A stretch of DNA of 47,883 nucleotides from assembly GCA_025774555.1 (NCBI GenBank), contig JALGVT010000029.1:1-47883 (forward strand), given 5' to 3'. This document shows positions 1 to 10,130 of this stretch, piece after piece (position 1 is the first letter of the stretch; the number at the start of each line of letters is the position of its first letter). The notes beneath the pieces are model-generated. The model was given only the letters and a program-made list of their open reading frames with translations. It was not told the DNA's origin and did not search any database. A program made the position numbers and the translations under genes. The stretch comes from a candidate division LCP-89 bacterium. Its GTDB lineage: Bacteria > Electryoneota > B3-LCP.

Positions 1-130
1 ATTTTACTGACTATGCTCTCGCTTTTCTGAATTTGTTCGTTAAATGCCGTGGCAATCTCCAAGATAGAATATCATAGAAGATTAAAATATAATTAAATTA
101 AATTCAGAAATCAAGCTATATAATTAAGAA

Positions 131-153
131 CCCCCGCCCATTGTGAGCGGGGG
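131..153 (-). terminator. GC-rich hairpin (cccccgc/gcggggg, 7-bp stem) about 85 nt downstream of the minus-strand TPR gene; an imperfect U-rich tract follows on the minus strand. Candidate intrinsic terminator.
   Basis: Inverted repeat read directly in the sequence. It lies just past the 3' end of the gene at 239..1780. Confidence 0.35.
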
Positions 154-238
154 CATTTGTGCGGAACACTTGACCGGGGGCAGACTGCAACCGTCCCAAC
201 TATATATTACGGTGCACCGGTCATAGGTTCCGCATTAT

Positions 239-1780
239 CTATTGTAAAGCCATATCTGTGATTTCACTTCTAAGCGCTATCGCTTCTTCCCTTTTTGACC
301 AGTCCGGGTCAGCATTATCAGAAGCAGCAATAAAATCTTCGACAATTTTAAGCGCTGATTCGCGTTCGCCCAGATGAGTCAAGGCTTTTGCTTTGAGCAA
401 TATTAATTCAGCGTTATATGGGTTGACCACGAGAAGAGGTTCGACTGATTTTAAAGCCAATTGATACTCTTCCATTTCAACGTAAGTTTTTGTTATCAGG
501 TACTGTATCCAGTTTTTGGAAATGGAAAATACGGCTTTCTCCTTCAGGCTTTTTAAACATTTAAGCGCTTCAGCGTAATCATCCGCCTGCAAATGAGCGA
601 ATACCTTAATGTAGTCATTATGCCGCTTGTTAGTCTCACAGTACTTACAGTTTTCAAGATGTTCAGCAATCTGTTCTTCGGTTATGTCTCCAGAACCACC
701 GAGGCATTTAAGGATATCTGCGTTTAACTGTTTTGTGTCCTCTTCAAGAATTTCAGCTAATTTTGAGGGATTGTCAAGTTCGTAATATATGTTGCTGCGA
801 ATTAAGGCGATATAATGATCGTAAGATTTTAACTTATCAGCTTTATCAAGCGCTAACAGAGCCTGATCGTAAGATTTCTGACCGGCATACATCCAGGCTC
901 TCTCGAAAAGCACTTCGCGTTTTTTCCAGGATCCAACAGCTAAATCCTCAGCCTTGCTCAATTTCTCATCGGCATCATTTATTTTGCCTACGCCTTTAAG
1001 CGCTCTTGCCATGTGGATATATATGGCGCTTCCGAGGTTGTTGGGTTCAACAGCCAGTGTCGGCTTGACAGCGATTGCTTGTCGAAACTGTTCCAACGCA
1101 TCAATATATCTTCCCACCATCAGGTATATTTCACCCAGGGAATCATGGGGATTTGCCTGATCGGGCGCTATGAAGATATATTTTTTAAGAAATACAATAG
1201 CTTCATCATAAAAGCCCAGTTGAGCATGGATGTAGCCGAGGCTGTTATAGGCAAGAGCGAAATTAGGATTTATCTCAAGAGCAATCTTGAATTCTTCGAT
1301 AGCCTCTTCAAGTTTGCCTTGTCCCCAGAGTGAACTGGCTTTATAATAGTGAGGTTCGAACTCCCTGGGGTATCTTTCCAGCATCAATTCTAAAGCAGCT
1401 TCAAATATCTCTTTGTCTTTAAGCGATTCCGCGGTCAGTAAGGTGATGTTGAGGCGCTCTTTTTCGGGCAGGTCAACAGAAAGATTATTGGCGCGTTTAG
1501 CGGCGAGCTTTCCCTCCTCAGATCTGCCCATAGCTTTATAAAGATAGCCAAGGTTAGCCCAGGCAGATGCAAAAGCGCTGTCAAGCTGAACGGCGCTTTC
1601 AAAATACTCTATTGCCTCAGCGTTATAGAGACGTTCCATATTCTCAACGCCGGATAAATAATAGTTGTATGCCTGTTCGGAACGTGTGGTGACATCACGT
1701 TCAGTGCGAAGAGAGATGGCTGCCGTGATGATTAAAGTTGTTACAACAACAGCAGTTATTATTACCCACTTAGTTTTCAT
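239..1780 (-). CDS. Membrane-anchored tetratricopeptide-repeat (TPR) protein
   Basis: N-terminal hydrophobic helix (VIITAVVVTTLIITAAISL), then many TPR-like repeats (AxxNLGxxY motifs). It sits directly downstream of a sigma-54 promoter and the NtrC-type regulator gene. Confidence 0.7.
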   Translation of the reverse strand: MKTKWVIITAVVVTTLIITAAISLRTERDVTTRSEQAYNYYLSGVENMERLYNAEAIEYFESAVQLDSAFASAWANLGYLYKAMGRSEEGKLAAKRANNLSVDLPEKERLNITLLTAESLKDKEIFEAALELMLERYPREFEPHYYKASSLWGQGKLEEAIEEFKIALEINPNFALAYNSLGYIHAQLGFYDEAIVFLKKYIFIAPDQANPHDSLGEIYLMVGRYIDALEQFRQAIAVKPTLAVEPNNLGSAIYIHMARALKGVGKINDADEKLSKAEDLAVGSWKKREVLFERAWMYAGQKSYDQALLALDKADKLKSYDHYIALIRSNIYYELDNPSKLAEILEEDTKQLNADILKCLGGSGDITEEQIAEHLENCKYCETNKRHNDYIKVFAHLQADDYAEALKCLKSLKEKAVFSISKNWIQYLITKTYVEMEEYQLALKSVEPLLVVNPYNAELILLKAKALTHLGERESALKIVEDFIAASDNADPDWSKREEAIALRSEITDMALQ

Positions 1781-1816
1781 CGGTATTGCCTTAAGAGGTT
1801 ATCACTTGATAATAAA

Positions 1817-1832
1817 GCAATATAGGTGCCAA
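1817..1832 (-). promoter_or_regulatory. Sigma-54 (RpoN) -24/-12 promoter on the minus strand: TGGCAC-ctata-TTGCT, about 37 nt upstream of the TPR gene start
   Basis: Plus strand reads agcaa-tatag-gtgcca, whose reverse complement is TGGCACctataTTGCT. This matches the TGGCAC-N5-TTGCW consensus with correct GG-to-GC spacing. An NtrC-family enhancer-binding protein gene lies immediately upstream on the same strand. Confidence 0.65.
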
Positions 1833-1934
1833 AAATATTTTCATTTTCTAAGGAATAAGCGGTAGATGCGTCGTAAGCCAGCATGCATAGCGCTACATCT
1901 ATTATGAGCAGAGTAGCGTTTAGAAGCAGTATAT

Positions 1935-3296
1935 CTATTTTTCAAGAGGTTTCAACTCGTATTGCTCGATTTTCCTGTCCAGCGTGGTGCGCGCAATATT
2001 CAAGACTTCACAGGTGCGTTTTTTATTCCAATCGTTATGAAGCAGAACTTTATTGATGTACTCTTTCTCTGCTTCAGCCAACGAGCGGAAGGGGGCTGTT
2101 ATTGTCGCGGAAGCAGTTTGTGAAACGTCGATCTGGGGTGACTCCGTAAGCGTCTCTGGAAGGAGAACGTCGCCTCGCGAGAGAACGATAGCCCGGCGCA
2201 GCACATTTTCGAGTTCGCGCACGTTGCCCTTCCACTCAATTTTCGTAAGCAGTTCAATGACTTCAGGTGAAACGCGCCGGACGTCTTTACCCAAATCTCT
2301 ATTGATTTTCTCCATTAGATAGTCAACGAGAGCAGGGATATCTTCAATCCGCTCAGATAGGGGAGGAACCGTGATTTCAACCACACGAAGACGGTAATAC
2401 AGATCTTCTCTGAAATCACCTTTCTCCAGTAATGTCTCGAGGTTCTTATGTGTGGCGGCTATGATACGGGCTTCAGTTTTAATTGTCTTATTGCTGCCGA
2501 CACGTTCGAACGTGCGTTCCTGTATAACACGCAGGAGTTTAGTTTGAAGCTGAAGAGGCATATCCCCGATTTCATCGAGGAATATCGTGCCCTGCCCGGC
2601 AAGCTCGAACTTCCCTTTATTCTGTGATATCGCGCCCGTGAATGATCCCTTTTCATGCCCGAATAGTTCAGATTCAATCAGGTTTTCGGGTATGGCGGTG
2701 CAATTTACCGGGATGAAAGGTTGATCGCGGAAAGGGCTGTTGTAATGTATTGCTTTGGCAATCAGCTCCTTGCCGGTTCCGGATTGTCCGCGAATAAGCA
2801 CGGTTACAGGTGAAGTGGAAACAGCGCCGATAATCTTGAAAACCTCCATCATACCAGGAGATTTACCGATGATATTATCGATCTGATATTCTTTGCCAAT
2901 CTTACTTATAAGCCCTTCAAGCCTGCGGCACACATCGAGATTTTCCAACGCTCTCTTTATAGTAAGTTCAAGATCAAGGATGTCAATCGGTTTACGAACA
3001 TATTCAAAAGCTCCCTGCTGAATGGCTCGCACGGTGGTCTGCATATCGTCATACGCAGTTATCATAATAACGTGAAGATCTGATTTGTATTCCTTGACTT
3101 TTTCGAGGAACTCAAGACCATCCATTTGGGGCATACGAATATCACAGACCACGATATCTGGATTCTCAGACCTGACGATTTCGAGCGCTTCAACACCATT
3201 CGATGCTTCCAGAAAATGCCTGTCGTCTTTCGATAGGTTCAATATGATAGACTCCCTGCTCGAGCTATCGTCATCGACAACGAGAATCTGATTCAT
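1935..3296 (-). CDS. Sigma-54-dependent response regulator, NtrC/AtoC family (receiver + AAA+ sigma-54 activation domain + Fis-type HTH)
   Basis: Receiver motifs (VVDDD...DIRMP), an AAA+ sigma-54 interaction domain (GESGTGKE, GAFTGA-like region FTGA) and a C-terminal HTH. ATG start confirmed at 3294-3296. Overlaps the upstream kinase gene by 26 nt. Confidence 0.85.
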   Translation of the reverse strand: MNQILVVDDDSSSRESIILNLSKDDRHFLEASNGVEALEIVRSENPDIVVCDIRMPQMDGLEFLEKVKEYKSDLHVIMITAYDDMQTTVRAIQQGAFEYVRKPIDILDLELTIKRALENLDVCRRLEGLISKIGKEYQIDNIIGKSPGMMEVFKIIGAVSTSPVTVLIRGQSGTGKELIAKAIHYNSPFRDQPFIPVNCTAIPENLIESELFGHEKGSFTGAISQNKGKFELAGQGTIFLDEIGDMPLQLQTKLLRVIQERTFERVGSNKTIKTEARIIAATHKNLETLLEKGDFREDLYYRLRVVEITVPPLSERIEDIPALVDYLMEKINRDLGKDVRRVSPEVIELLTKIEWKGNVRELENVLRRAIVLSRGDVLLPETLTESPQIDVSQTASATITAPFRSLAEAEKEYINKVLLHNDWNKKRTCEVLNIARTTLDRKIEQYELKPLEK

Positions 3297-5769
3297 TGAT
3301 TACTCCGTTTAACTTTTCTTTTATAAGGGGAAGAGTTATGATGAAATCAGCGCCTTCCCCTTCGGTGGAAGTGACGGCTATGTCGCCTCCCATCTCCTGT
3401 ATAAATTTACGAACATTAGCAAGACCCAGACCAGTTCCGTCTGCTTTAGTTGTAAAGAACGGATTGAAGATGGAATTAATTATATCCTCTTTGATGCCGG
3501 AACCGTTATCCTTGAAGTGTACTTCAAGACTGGATGGAAGGTGTTGACAACTGATTTCGAGAAACCCGCCATCCCGCATGGTTTCGGATGCATTATCGAT
3601 GATATTTTTTACGATCTGATGAAGTTTATCTCTATCTGCAAGCACGGGAGGAAGATTATCTGGAAAAAGCAGGGATACTTTACATTTACATTCCTTCAAA
3701 CGCAGTGAAAAGAGTTCTAATGCCTGTAGTATTATTTCTCTTATTTGCACCGGTTCAATTTTTAGTCTTGAAGGACGAGCATAGATCAACACATCGTGTA
3801 CGATGTGATCCAGATGATCGATCTCTTTCTGAATGATTTCAAAGCGTCTGCGGTTTGTTTTATCAGGATCGAGACTTCTCGTTAAGCCCTGTATATTCAT
3901 TTTTATTGAAGATAGCGGATTCCTGATCTCATGCGCTACACCAGATGCCAACTGTCCCAGACTGACTAGTTTCTCGGTCTCGTAGAGGCGTTGATTGGCG
4001 TTAAATATCGATTTTATAAGCTGCAGGTTTTCAATAGCCAATCCGGCTTGATTTGAAAATTTCTCAAGCGCTTCCAGTTCTGCCAGCGAATAGGGAACAC
4101 CTGATTCCTTTGAATCCAGCGATAGCAGACCTACAATTTTCTGATGGCTGAAGATGGGCAGTTCCAACTTATCAGGCTGCTCTTTCTCTAAAGAGCTGTC
4201 AACGCCGCCTATGTGAGTGGATCCTGACTTCAGACGTCGTCGATTCTCACCTGTTTTTGCATCATTAAGCCGGTTTTCACTTTCATCTTCATTCACTGAA
4301 TGACGATGTGTTTTCAACTTTCCATTTTCAATACTGTACTCAGTAACTTCCATTGCCGCGGGTTTATCTGAAATAACTGACAGGCTAAGTTTCTTCGGTG
4401 AAAACAGTGAGTTTATGGCTTCTAGAGTTGTATAGGCAAGCTCTTCCATTTTCATGAAGGTTCGCAGAGTTTCAGTCAACTTTGAAAGGGTAGCCTGTCG
4501 TTGATAATCTGACTTGTAGAAAAGCCGATTGATAAAGGTCTGCAGCCTTGACCTGGTCGGTTCGAAGCTTATGGCAATTAACAGCACGAACAGGATTCCA
4601 AAGATCGATCCGCCAAATGGTGATACTTGTTCAACCCAGCCGCCAACGACATTGACTATAACCATATATACACCTATGAACAGACCAGTCATAGTAGAAT
4701 ATAAAATGCTTCTCTTGATGATAATCTGGATATCGAGCAAGCGGTAGCGAATGATTGAATATGCAAAGGATAGAGGAATTGCCATTAAGGGCAGGACCCC
4801 GATGGAGAAAAGCTCTGCTTCACCGAAGATACCTGCGCCGATAACCGAAAATGTCATGAAGGGAATCAGTCCGATCAGAGTTCCCCATACGAGCATTTTG
4901 ATTTGGCGCTGCCGCAATGGATCAGAGGAGTGCATGAAGGAATGCACCAGAGCGCAAACACCAGCGATCATGTAAACGCCGACTAATACCCACAATTCGA
5001 TATGCACACCGAAAATGATAAACCCAGAGGTTCCCATGCTGGCTACTGGAAATGGTATAGCGACAAAATATTGAGAAAGCGTAAAAAGAAGATGTTGCAA
5101 AAGAGGAATCAGGTAGAAAACAGGCAGCAGCGCAGAATAAGATTCGAGGAATCGCTTTTTGATGGGAAAGATGAGAAAGAAATGCAGAAACAGGGGACCG
5201 AGCAAAGTCAATCCCCAACTGGCAACATTTTGTATTATAAGATCTATCCAATAATATGGGCTGCCATGAAAACTACAGGTGAGTACCAGGAGGAAGCAGG
5301 CGCTCATAAGATAGAAGAGGCGTGCTGAAGGGAGATTAGTGCCTTTGAGTACGGTATATAATCCGACGAAGATGAACACGAACCCAACAATAGCCCTGTA
5401 TAGAAGACGGTTATCACCAGTGCGGTAAATGTTGGGGGTGAGGGTAAGAGTCAGGATTTTTCCCCCGCGTTCAATTAGATACGGGACTCGCAATCCCGGC
5501 TGAAGCTTTATAAGTATGGAAGCAGCTTCAGAGGGTTTTTTCACGAGGAAGTGATCTATACCGAGGATGACGTCGCCATCCTGTATGCCCGCCATCTCAC
5601 CGGGACCGCCGGGAATGACGCCTTCAACAATGACTCGCTGTTGTCCCAAACGCCAGATCAATCCATCAGTAGTTTTCGGCGTCAGACCGTCAACAATGGC
5701 TAAACCGCTGATTGCAATTGCCGCGGCTGCTATTAATAGCGATATTATCTTCCAGGCTTGGTCGGACAT
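3271..5769 (-). CDS. Sensor histidine kinase with N-terminal TM helix plus PDZ domain, multi-pass membrane region, GAF-like linker, HisKA and HATPase_c
   Basis: PDZ-like segment (GGPGEMAGIQDGDVILGIDHF...). About 7-8 hydrophobic helices. H-box VAHEIRNPLSSI. G-boxes (GTGLGLANV). Confidence 0.8.
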   Translation of the reverse strand: MSDQAWKIISLLIAAAAIAISGLAIVDGLTPKTTDGLIWRLGQQRVIVEGVIPGGPGEMAGIQDGDVILGIDHFLVKKPSEAASILIKLQPGLRVPYLIERGGKILTLTLTPNIYRTGDNRLLYRAIVGFVFIFVGLYTVLKGTNLPSARLFYLMSACFLLVLTCSFHGSPYYWIDLIIQNVASWGLTLLGPLFLHFFLIFPIKKRFLESYSALLPVFYLIPLLQHLLFTLSQYFVAIPFPVASMGTSGFIIFGVHIELWVLVGVYMIAGVCALVHSFMHSSDPLRQRQIKMLVWGTLIGLIPFMTFSVIGAGIFGEAELFSIGVLPLMAIPLSFAYSIIRYRLLDIQIIIKRSILYSTMTGLFIGVYMVIVNVVGGWVEQVSPFGGSIFGILFVLLIAISFEPTRSRLQTFINRLFYKSDYQRQATLSKLTETLRTFMKMEELAYTTLEAINSLFSPKKLSLSVISDKPAAMEVTEYSIENGKLKTHRHSVNEDESENRLNDAKTGENRRRLKSGSTHIGGVDSSLEKEQPDKLELPIFSHQKIVGLLSLDSKESGVPYSLAELEALEKFSNQAGLAIENLQLIKSIFNANQRLYETEKLVSLGQLASGVAHEIRNPLSSIKMNIQGLTRSLDPDKTNRRRFEIIQKEIDHLDHIVHDVLIYARPSRLKIEPVQIREIILQALELFSLRLKECKCKVSLLFPDNLPPVLADRDKLHQIVKNIIDNASETMRDGGFLEISCQHLPSSLEVHFKDNGSGIKEDIINSIFNPFFTTKADGTGLGLANVRKFIQEMGGDIAVTSTEGEGADFIITLPLIKEKLNGVINESDSRCR

Positions 5770-5885
5770 GTTCTCGTTTTACAATAGTGCGAAACAGATC
5801 AGGGTATAATAATAATATTACGTTAGTGCAAGTTTAGTTCCCGTTGACATTGAGGCAATTAATTGCATATTGCCTTATAATATTT

Positions 5886-5934
5886 GAATAAACAAAGGGC
5901 GTCATGAAACAGATTATTACTGTTTCTGACACCC
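5886..5934 (-). terminator. Intrinsic terminator of the small zinc-ribbon gene: imperfect 15-bp hairpin, with a U-run (uuuguuuauuc) following on the minus strand
   Basis: gggcgtcatgaaacag-attatta-ctgtttctgacaccc read directly. aacaaa precedes it on the plus strand, giving a U-run on the minus strand. Confidence 0.5.
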
Positions 5935-5977
5935 TCATAGTTAAATTTGCCTGAATAGCGATCTTTAAAAGCAGTTA

Positions 5978-6136
5978 TTATTTTTTGCTCGGAAGAATAC
6001 GGAAAACAGAGGTACCGCACTTTTCGCATTTTCCCTTCATCGCTGGGCGACCATTTTTTAAGGTAATCTGCTGTGCATCGACTAAAGTCGTCTTCGCTTT
6101 ACATTTCACACAATAACCTGTTGTAGGTGCAGCCAT
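5978..6136 (-). CDS. 52-aa zinc-ribbon protein (two CxxC pairs, DUF5679-like), absent from the ORF track. Translation: MAAPTTGYCVKCKAKTTLVDAQQITLKNGRPAMKGKCEKCGTSVFRILPSKK
   Basis: Translated by hand. ATG at 6134-6136 (minus) with a strong upstream SD (taaggagg). CxxC...CxxC pattern. A terminator hairpin follows. Confidence 0.6.
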   Translation of the reverse strand: MAAPTTGYCVKCKAKTTLVDAQQITLKNGRPAMKGKCEKCGTSVFRILPSKK

Positions 6137-6378
6137 GGTTAACCTCCTTATTAGGTAGTAACACTGGTTTATATGAGATTTTAAGTTTACTTACATAAAA
6201 ATCTATTCACGATGCGGTTAATATAGCGAGGTCTGAAAACTTATGCAAGGAAAAATACTTAAAAAACTTAAAATTGTTAAATTACTATAATCATTATAAT
6301 CAGATACATAGATTAATACTGCACGATGAGCTGTTTTTTTTTGTTCAAAAATCTCGTTATCACGACCGGCTGTTTCGC

Positions 6379-9228
6379 TTAATTCTTACTTAGTTCTGTG
6401 CGTAAGAATTGTCCTGTGTACGATTTTTTCACACGGCTTACTTCAACAGGGTTACCCTTTGCTATGACCCGTCCACCTTTGTCCCCGCCTTCAGGACCAA
6501 GATCAATGATATGATCAGCGGTTTTTATTACATCGAGGTTGTGTTCAATCACCAGCACCGTATTTCCTTTCTCGACCAGTTCGTGCAAGACGGATAGCAG
6601 CAAGCGGATATCCGCAAAATGCAAACCGGTTGTGGGTTCGTCGAGCAGGTATAAGGTATTGCCGGTCTGAACTTTGGACAATTCAGTGGAGAGTTTAACT
6701 CTCTGGGCTTCGCCGCCAGACAGCGTTGTCGCCTGCTGCCCCAGTTTGATATATCCCAATCCGACTCTGACGATAGTGTCCAGCTTTCTTTTTATAAGAG
6801 GAATGGATTCGAAGAATTCCAGCGCTTCCTCCGCTGTCATATCGAGGATGTCTGCTATTGACTTTCCTCTAAATTTAATTTCCAGTGTTTCGCGGTTGTA
6901 GCGCTTCCCATGGCAAACCTCACAAGGGACATAGACGTCGGGCAGAAAGTGCATCTCGATCTTAATGATGCCGGCTCCCTGACATGCTTCACAGCGACCA
7001 CCCTTTACGTTGAAGCTGAAACGACCCGGCTTATACCCGCGTATCTTTGAATCTTTAAGCTCAGCATAGAGATCGCGTATCGGAGCAAAAAGACCGGTGT
7101 ATGTGGCTGGATTGGAACGAGGCGTGCGTCCAATAGGGGACTGATCTATGTTAATGACCTTGTCGATGTATTCTGTGCCTTTCAGCTCGTTGTAGGGGAG
7201 AGGTCTATTTTTAGATTTATAAAACTGTTGACTTAGCGCACGGTACAATGTTTCATTGATCAAACTGGATTTACCGGAACCGGACACACCGGTAATGCAG
7301 ACGAAACTCCCTAACGGGATCTGGACATTAACAGATTTCAGGTTATTCCCAGTCGCTCCCGAAAGCGATAACTGGTAACCGTTTCCCTGACAGTATCTTT
7401 TCGGTGTTTCGATAAATTCCTTACCCGATAGAAACTGTCCCGTCAGAGATTTGGGATTGGAAGCTATTTCTTCCGGTGTGCCGCAGGCGACGACCTCACC
7501 CCCATGTCTTCCTGCTCCCGGTCCCAAATCTGCGACTACATCAGCGGAGGTAATCATTTCGCGATCGTGTTCAACTACTATGATGGTATTACCAATATCA
7601 CGCAAGCGTTTCAAAGTCTCAATCAGTCTGCGGTTATCCCGCTGGTGCAGACCAATGGAAGGTTCATCCAGAATATAGAGAACTCCCACGAGCTGTGAAC
7701 CAATCTGTGTTGCCAGACGTATGCGCTGCGCTTCGCCGCCAGATATCGTTCCGGCGGATCTGTCGAGTGTTAGATAATCCACTCCAACGTCAATCAGGAA
7801 TTCGAGGCGCGCCTTGATCTCCTTCAATATTTGGTTGGATATTATTTTTTCGACTTCGCTCATCTCCAGGTCTTTGAAGAACTGTAGAACATTACCGATA
7901 GATTTTGAGGTGAGTTCGGAAATATTCAGTTTCCCCAGTCGCACCGAGAGCGCTTCTCGTTTAAGACGCCCGCCTTTGCATTCAGAGCAGGGCAGCGAGC
8001 TCATGAAGCTCTCAATCCAATCGCGGATACCTGCAGAATTGGTCTGCCGGTATCGTCTCTTCAGATTAGGAATAGTTCCTTCCCATTTGCCCGTAAATTC
8101 CCATGATCCTCTGCCGTTTTTATGTACCAGGCGGAATTTGAATTCCTCGTCGCCGGAACCATACAGGCAGATATTTTTCTGTTCTTCCGTAAGATTTCCG
8201 AAGGGCACATCAACAGAGAAATGATGCTCTTGAGATACTTTTTCCAACATACGAAGAAAAATAGAATCGCTCCAGTTATTGGTAGTCACAATTGCGCCTT
8301 CGCGGATGGAAAGCGTTGCATCGGGAACGACTCTGCCTGGATCAATTTCTAAAGTGAAGCCCAGTCCGGAGCATTTGGGACAGGCGCCGTAAGGACTGTT
8401 GAATGAGAAACTGCGCGGCTCCAATTCTTCATAGCTTATTCCACAGTCTGCACAGGAATACTGCTCAGAGAATAGGATTTCCTTTTCATCCGGTATGCTG
8501 ATTATGACAAGTCCCGAGGCGAGTTGCAGCGCGGTTTCAACCGATTCAGTCAATCTGATTCTCAAGTCGCCTTCAACGACTAAGCGATCAACGACTACCT
8601 CGATGGAATGCTTCTTATTTCTGGACAAGCGGATTTCGTCTTCAAGTGATTTTATTTTGCTATCGACACGAACACGAAGGTAACCGTCGCGGCGCAGATT
8701 GGCGAAAACTTCACGGTATTCGCCTTTCCGCCCTCTAATTACGGGAGCGAGTACCATGAAACGGGTCAATTGAGGCAGATTCAGCACTTGATCGACTATC
8801 TGCTGGACGGATTGCTTTTCAATGGGACGACCGCAATTGTAACAGTAGGCTTTGCCAACCCGCGCATAAAGCAGGCGGAGATAATCATATATTTCTGTTA
8901 CAGTCGCAACTGTAGATCGCGGATTGCGGTGTGTTGATTTCTGTTCGATTGATATTGCTGGCGACAATCCTTCGATGAAATCGACGTCCGGTTTTTCCAT
9001 TAAACCGAGAAACTGCCGCGCGTACGCCGAGAGAGATTCCACATAACGTCTCTGACCTTCCGCATAGAGAGTATCGAAGGCGAGGGACGATTTTCCGGAA
9101 CCTGAGATGCCCGTAATCACGATCAGCTTGTTTCTCGGCAGTGTCAGATCGACGTTCTTGAGGTTGTGTTCGCGGGCGCCTTTTATTACGATGGAATCCA
9201 GTGAGGTATTTCGGTTCATTCTGATCAT
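6379..9228 (-). CDS. uvrA: Excinuclease ABC subunit A (UvrA)
   Basis: Two ABC ATPase modules ([18 protein letters not shown]) and zinc-finger cysteines, typical of UvrA. The ORF-track start at 9246 is a TTG. In-frame ATGs lie at 9228 and 9219, so the start is uncertain by a few codons. Confidence 0.9.
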   Translation of the reverse strand: MIRMNRNTSLDSIVIKGAREHNLKNVDLTLPRNKLIVITGISGSGKSSLAFDTLYAEGQRRYVESLSAYARQFLGLMEKPDVDFIEGLSPAISIEQKSTHRNPRSTVATVTEIYDYLRLLYARVGKAYCYNCGRPIEKQSVQQIVDQVLNLPQLTRFMVLAPVIRGRKGEYREVFANLRRDGYLRVRVDSKIKSLEDEIRLSRNKKHSIEVVVDRLVVEGDLRIRLTESVETALQLASGLVIISIPDEKEILFSEQYSCADCGISYEELEPRSFSFNSPYGACPKCSGLGFTLEIDPGRVVPDATLSIREGAIVTTNNWSDSIFLRMLEKVSQEHHFSVDVPFGNLTEEQKNICLYGSGDEEFKFRLVHKNGRGSWEFTGKWEGTIPNLKRRYRQTNSAGIRDWIESFMSSLPCSECKGGRLKREALSVRLGKLNISELTSKSIGNVLQFFKDLEMSEVEKIISNQILKEIKARLEFLIDVGVDYLTLDRSAGTISGGEAQRIRLATQIGSQLVGVLYILDEPSIGLHQRDNRRLIETLKRLRDIGNTIIVVEHDREMITSADVVADLGPGAGRHGGEVVACGTPEEIASNPKSLTGQFLSGKEFIETPKRYCQGNGYQLSLSGATGNNLKSVNVQIPLGSFVCITGVSGSGKSSLINETLYRALSQQFYKSKNRPLPYNELKGTEYIDKVINIDQSPIGRTPRSNPATYTGLFAPIRDLYAELKDSKIRGYKPGRFSFNVKGGRCEACQGAGIIKIEMHFLPDVYVPCEVCHGKRYNRETLEIKFRGKSIADILDMTAEEALEFFESIPLIKRKLDTIVRVGLGYIKLGQQATTLSGGEAQRVKLSTELSKVQTGNTLYLLDEPTTGLHFADIRLLLSVLHELVEKGNTVLVIEHNLDVIKTADHIIDLGPEGGDKGGRVIAKGNPVEVSRVKKSYTGQFLRTELSKN

Positions 9229-9414
9229 TTGATTCTGATATAACAATGAAAGATACGAAAACTACTCAGAGAAAACAAGTGTGCACTCAATTAAAAGAGA
9301 TCGGGTATTGCTTTAGAAATCAGATGATTTCAGGTTAATGTAATAGATTAACCTTGACTTTTTCAGATAAAAGATTTATTTTTCTTTATCAGGAAGAATC
9401 ATGAATCAGAGGGA

Positions 9415-10107
9415 ATGATGAAGCGCCTTATTCTGGCATTATGTATCTTGCTTATAGCATCGAACGCCATTGCAGAAGAGATCGACGGTGAAGTGAGCGT
9501 ATCGCTTATTGACCCTTATAAAAAGTTTATCCCGGGTTTTTCGATCTCCTTCAGACCCGACATCTTAAGCTGGGATCGGATGTCTTTTGGAGCCGGAGTA
9601 TCGCTGTATGTTTCCAGCCGTTTCAATTATGAAACTACTAACTGGATATGGTATGCAAAGGGATACTATGATCCCGATTCAACGGATTGGTATTATTACG
9701 ATGAAAACCTGGTCGAGTTGGCAAATTATGAGATTTTCACAGAAAGTAGATTTCGTTTTTTAGGTAAGAGCGAAGATGATCACTGGAAAGGGTGGTTGTC
9801 ATTAAATCTTGGCGTCGTGGATCACGCATCAGCCCGTACCACATTCACTACAATTGCTGAGCAACGGGAATATGTTGACACCCTCGGAGTAACTCAATAC
9901 GAGGTTCTACAGACGGATCGATATTCAGTTGATTATAATACAGTGCACAAGCAGAGTTTCTACGCAGCGCCGGGACTTATGATTGGAATCGGTAATTTCT
10001 TCGCGGCGTATAAGCACTGGATATATTTTGACAGCCGGGATTTGATCGATGGAGAACCGTCTCAGACGCTCGGCACTATCAGGGTTGGATATAGATTTTT
10101 ATGGTGA
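9415..10107 (+). CDS. Secreted hypothetical protein, likely an outer-membrane beta-barrel (signal peptide, aromatic-rich, C-terminal ...YRFLW)
   Basis: Signal peptide MMKRLILALCILLIASNAIA. Alternating aromatic/hydrophilic pattern. C-terminal aromatic residue. SD gaggga upstream. Confidence 0.55.
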   Translation: MMKRLILALCILLIASNAIAEEIDGEVSVSLIDPYKKFIPGFSISFRPDILSWDRMSFGAGVSLYVSSRFNYETTNWIWYAKGYYDPDSTDWYYYDENLVELANYEIFTESRFRFLGKSEDDHWKGWLSLNLGVVDHASARTTFTTIAEQREYVDTLGVTQYEVLQTDRYSVDYNTVHKQSFYAAPGLMIGIGNFFAAYKHWIYFDSRDLIDGEPSQTLGTIRVGYRFLW

Positions 10108-10130
10108 TGGGGAATTAAAATAGTTATGAT

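Noticed and set aside
733-1333. Plus-strand ORFs (88, 68, 106 aa) inside the minus-strand TPR gene
   Set aside because: Antisense shadow ORFs with low-complexity translations and no SD, fully overlapped by a well-supported gene. The same reasoning applies to the many other antisense ORFs in the track (e.g. 10440-10838, 12161-12631, 22949-23491, 34786-35244).
9219-9246. Longest uvrA ORF start at 9246
   Set aside because: The codon at 9244-9246 is TTG, and the first conserved UvrA residues begin about 10 aa later. ATGs at 9228 and 9219 are more plausible, but the choice between them cannot be resolved from sequence alone.
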